64,000 bases of DNA, taken from positions 17,553 through 81,552 of the forward strand of contig JBBKXR010000163.1 in assembly GCA_037969585.1 (NCBI GenBank). The letters run 5' to 3'. A program made the translations under genes and the position numbers. Origin of the DNA: Verrucomicrobiales bacterium. GTDB taxonomy: Bacteria; Verrucomicrobiota; Verrucomicrobiia; Verrucomicrobiales; DEV007. Numbering within the stretch: position 1 is the stretch's first letter; every line of letters begins with the position of its first letter. Shown in pieces: positions 61,628-64,000 of this stretch. The notes under the pieces were generated by a model. The model saw only the letters and a program-made list of their open reading frames with translations, was not told the DNA's origin and searched no databases.

Positions 61628-64000
61628 TTATTGCGCGCCGAAGCCGGTCGGCTGGAGGTCAACTGGCAGTGCCAGTTTGGGGAAGGCCTTTAGCGTCAGG
61701 CTGAGGACGACGCCCCAGTCGGTTTCGCTGTTGCGGTTGTCACGAACGACACCGCCGAAGGCAAGCGACCAACTCGACAGGTCACGGTGCAGTTGATACT
61801 GCTGAAGCTCAAGGGTGCTGTCGGTCATTTCATAGCGATGCAGTGTGCTGACACCCCAGTTGTCGCTGAGGCGCGAGTAAGTGCTCAGTGTCACCGCGTT
61901 GCTGTCGAGGAAGAACGGGTGGCTGTCGAGGTAGTAGTGACCCATCGAAAACTGGAAGTTATCGGTCGGCATGAAGGTGAAGTTGGTAGTGACTTCGGTG
62001 AATTCGCGTTCGCTGTTGATCCAAGGTACCTGCGACTCGATAGTGGCGGCCAGCCAAGGTAGAGGGTACCAGGTAATATCGTTAAACAGATTGGAGAAAT
62101 CGCGGTCGAACTCGGGATCGTCCAGGTAGGTGTCAAAGTAAGAGTTGATCTCCAGCCAGTTGTAAGTGGCGCCGTTGCGCTTGGTCTGGAAGCGGTTGCC
62201 AATCCCCGGGCGGATGATGTTCCAATTACGAATGTCGTCAGTGGCGGTATAAAGCGGCAGGTCGATGGGCCGCAGGCGGGTCGACGGCGTCAATCGGTCA
62301 ATCGGAGTAAATCGACCGTCGATCTCATCGGTGCTGGTATACGAGTAGTTGGCGTAAGGCTGGATGATGTGGCGAAGTTCGTTGAGACCGAGCGCTTTTG
62401 AGTAAACGTCTGAGTAGACCTTGGAGAACTTCATCGAAGTGTCGAGACCCGCGTGAAATGTGGTGCGATCGAATGCATCGCTGTACTGGCTGTCGATGCT
62501 GCTGTAGTTGGTGTAGCCGACGCCGACGCGTGGCACGAGTGAGACAACGTCGCCGATATTGGCAGGGTAGAGAATTTCGTGATAGGAGTCGAAGCGGGTG
62601 AAACCACGGTCATCGAGCATGCGATCGAGGTCGCTAAGAAGGGACCGGGCTTCTTCCTCGTCATAGTCTTTGCGAACGACGACCGGCTTTTCTTCTTCCT
62701 CACCGTCCTTTTTCTTACTGCCTTTTTTCTCGGGAATGACGGTGACCAGGTCACCGTTTTTGTCGACTTCGAGCTTACCGGCATCGATCATGCGCAACAG
62801 GCGATCTTCTTCAGAGCGACGTCCAGATTTGGCCGTGCGATCACCGGAGGCAAGGTCTTCATCGAGGAAACCGAATGTGGTGTAACCGTTGTAGAATAGA
62901 CCGGTGTCAAAGATCGGCTGACGAGTAAAATCGAATGCCAGCTCGGGTGATCGGGTATCGGACTCAAAGAAATCGTTGAGCTGAAAACGGCCAAGCAGTG
63001 AAATGGTGCCGCGCGGATGGCGCTTAACCAGATTGACAATGTTGTCAGGGCGCGGGTCGAGTGCGAAATCGATCGGGAAAAAGTCGGCGTAGAAGAATGC
63101 GTCGCTGAGCTTGTTGATGTCGATGTCGAGATAGAGCGTGCTCTTGTCGGGACCGGGCAGATAGACGCGGTGCTGAAGGTTTACACGGTAACGCTCCTGA
63201 GAGAGGTCGGTTCCTCGTTCATTGCCGCCGTAGCTCATGTTCGGCTCTGAGTCCTGAGCATAGTAAATATTCAGACTACCGAAGTTTTCGTTGTTGCGAT
63301 GGCGCTCGGATTTGAACTCAACGCCACCGGCGACTCCACGCGAACTGCGCACGTCGAGGTGAAGTTGGGCGAGTGTGTGATCGCCGATCATGAAGCCATA
63401 CTGATTGAGCAGGAAGCCGCCCCAACCGGTGTTGAAACCCGGAGTAAAGAAATAACCGAGCTCGTCATCGAGCGGCTGCGACAGGTACGGCAGCCACAGC
63501 ACCGGGACGTCGCCGGCATAGACGGTCGCGCTTTTGAATACCACTTTTTCGCCTGGATAGATCTGTACCGACTTGGCTTTGATCCTGTAGTTGGGGTCCT
63601 TGCGATCGTGGGTCGTGAACAGTGACTGCTTCAGTTCCATCACCTGAGAGGTATCGGTGGGAACGGCGACCTGGCCAGTTTCGTAAAAAATTGGTGCCAG
63701 CGTACTGCGCAGCGAAGTGGCGGTCATCTCGCCACTTTCAATATTGTAAATTGTTTCGTCGGCGGAGAACACGCCACCATCTTTATAAATGGTGACATTG
63801 CCACGAGCGAAAACGTCGCCTGTCGACTGATGGTATTCCGCCGTGTCGGCGAAGATGGTCGTGGTGCCGTAATTGATTTCGACATCGCCAGTAGCTTTGG
63901 CGATCCCCGTCGACTCGTCGAAGCTGGTTTCCTGCGACTGAATCTGGATGTTGTCGACCGCCGACTGAGCATCGGCCAGTGCGCCGGATGGATCGCCAAC
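61628..64000 (-). CDS. lptD: LPS-assembly outer-membrane protein LptD (OstA family), 5' end beyond window
   Basis: ORF track 61628..63772. My hand translation of 63773..64000 in the same frame has no stop and reads ...ATGDVEINYGTTTIFADTAEYHQSTGDVFARGNVTIYKDGG (OstA N-terminal-domain-like), so the gene continues past 64000. The large C-terminal part has beta-barrel-like Tyr/Asn/Asp/Phe-rich composition. Confidence 0.8.
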   Translation of the reverse strand, partial: VGDPSGALADAQSAVDNIQIQSQETSFDESTGIAKATGDVEINYGTTTIFADTAEYHQSTGDVFARGNVTIYKDGGVFSADETIYNIESGEMTATSLRSTLAPIFYETGQVAVPTDTSQVMELKQSLFTTHDRKDPNYRIKAKSVQIYPGEKVVFKSATVYAGDVPVLWLPYLSQPLDDELGYFFTPGFNTGWGGFLLNQYGFMIGDHTLAQLHLDVRSSRGVAGGVEFKSERHRNNENFGSLNIYYAQDSEPNMSYGGNERGTDLSQERYRVNLQHRVYLPGPDKSTLYLDIDINKLSDAFFYADFFPIDFALDPRPDNIVNLVKRHPRGTISLLGRFQLNDFFESDTRSPELAFDFTRQPIFDTGLFYNGYTTFGFLDEDLASGDRTAKSGRRSEEDRLLRMIDAGKLEVDKNGDLVTVIPEKKGSKKKDGEEEEKPVVVRKDYDEEEARSLLSDLDRMLDDRGFTRFDSYHEILYPANIGDVVSLVPRVGVGYTNYSSIDSQYSDAFDRTTFHAGLDTSMKFSKVYSDVYSKALGLNELRHIIQPYANYSYTSTDEIDGRFTPIDRLTPSTRLRPIDLPLYTATDDIRNWNIIRPGIGNRFQTKRNGATYNWLEINSYFDTYLDDPEFDRDFSNLFNDITWYPLPWLAATIESQVPWINSEREFTEVTTNFTFMPTDNFQFSMGHYYLDSHPFFLDSNAVTLSTYSRLSDNWGVSTLHRYEMTDSTLELQQYQLHRDLSSWSLAFGGVVRDNRNSETDWGVVLSLTLKAFPKLALPVDLQPTGFGAQ

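Noticed and set aside
1-64000. Search by eye for CRISPR arrays, long tandem or direct repeats, IS/transposase, integrase, phage, reverse-transcriptase, restriction-modification or other known defence genes, and for rRNA/tRNA
   Set aside because: None recognised. No ORF translation shows the corresponding hallmark motifs, and I saw no regularly spaced repeats. A computational repeat or Infernal scan could still find elements I missed.

Overview
This is a gene-dense 64-kb chromosomal segment. I call about 57 protein-coding genes on both strands. I recognised no rRNA, tRNA, CRISPR array, transposase/integrase or phage genes. The gene content includes three S1 sulfatases, a DUF1080 domain, a TAT-signal xylose-isomerase-like TIM barrel, a Gfo/Idh/MocA oxidoreductase, a beta-propeller/HEAT/CxxCH protein of the Pirellula/Verrucomicrobium type, a PPi-dependent PFK and LptD. 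By inference this points to a PVC-superphylum bacterium, probably Verrucomicrobiota. I cannot verify that without a database search.

Layout:
- 0-5 kb: oxidoreductase, two sulfatases and a nucleotidyltransferase-fold gene.
- 5-10.5 kb: membrane proteins, PPi-PFK divergent from a ROK kinase, and an SGNH esterase.
- 10.6-15.5 kb: a five-gene co-directional cluster of mostly exported proteins of unknown function.
- 15.5-23.5 kb: housekeeping and miscellaneous genes (thioesterase, LolA-like, cca, VanX-like dipeptidase, pilD with a large insertion, a half-length ALDH-like gene, dgt, Lon-N domain).
- 23.7-26.5 kb: rpsO-pnp with a clear terminator.
- 26.8-29.6 kb: an insulated orphan TpsB (ShlB/FhaC) transporter, then a low-GC trypsin-like lipoprotein.
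- 29.7-33.5 kb: sulfatase, a low-GC pair of unknowns, and an esterase.
- 33.7-41.8 kb: a tight patatin / PaaK-like ligase / thiolase / FadB / acyl-CoA dehydrogenase operon.
- 41.9-47.9 kb: Na+/solute symporter translationally coupled to a HEAT-repeat lipoprotein, then aldolase, two SDRs and a TIM barrel.
- 47.9-52.2 kb: a CxxC-rich protein, GNAT, anchored protein and a DUF1080-SMP30 fusion.
- 52.2-54.4 kb: photolyase-related protein plus an atypical SDR.
- 54.5-64 kb: large heme-binding protein, esterase, rsmB, ugd and partial lptD.

Nothing matches a textbook defence or mobile system. The best candidates for something undescribed are the 10.6-15.5 kb exported-protein cluster with a stand-alone triple STN-like protein, the orphan TpsB with the adjacent low-GC protease, and the symporter-HEAT lipoprotein pair.

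All family calls rest on motifs I can read in the translations. No HMM or BLAST search was possible, and most start codons are uncertain by tens of nucleotides.
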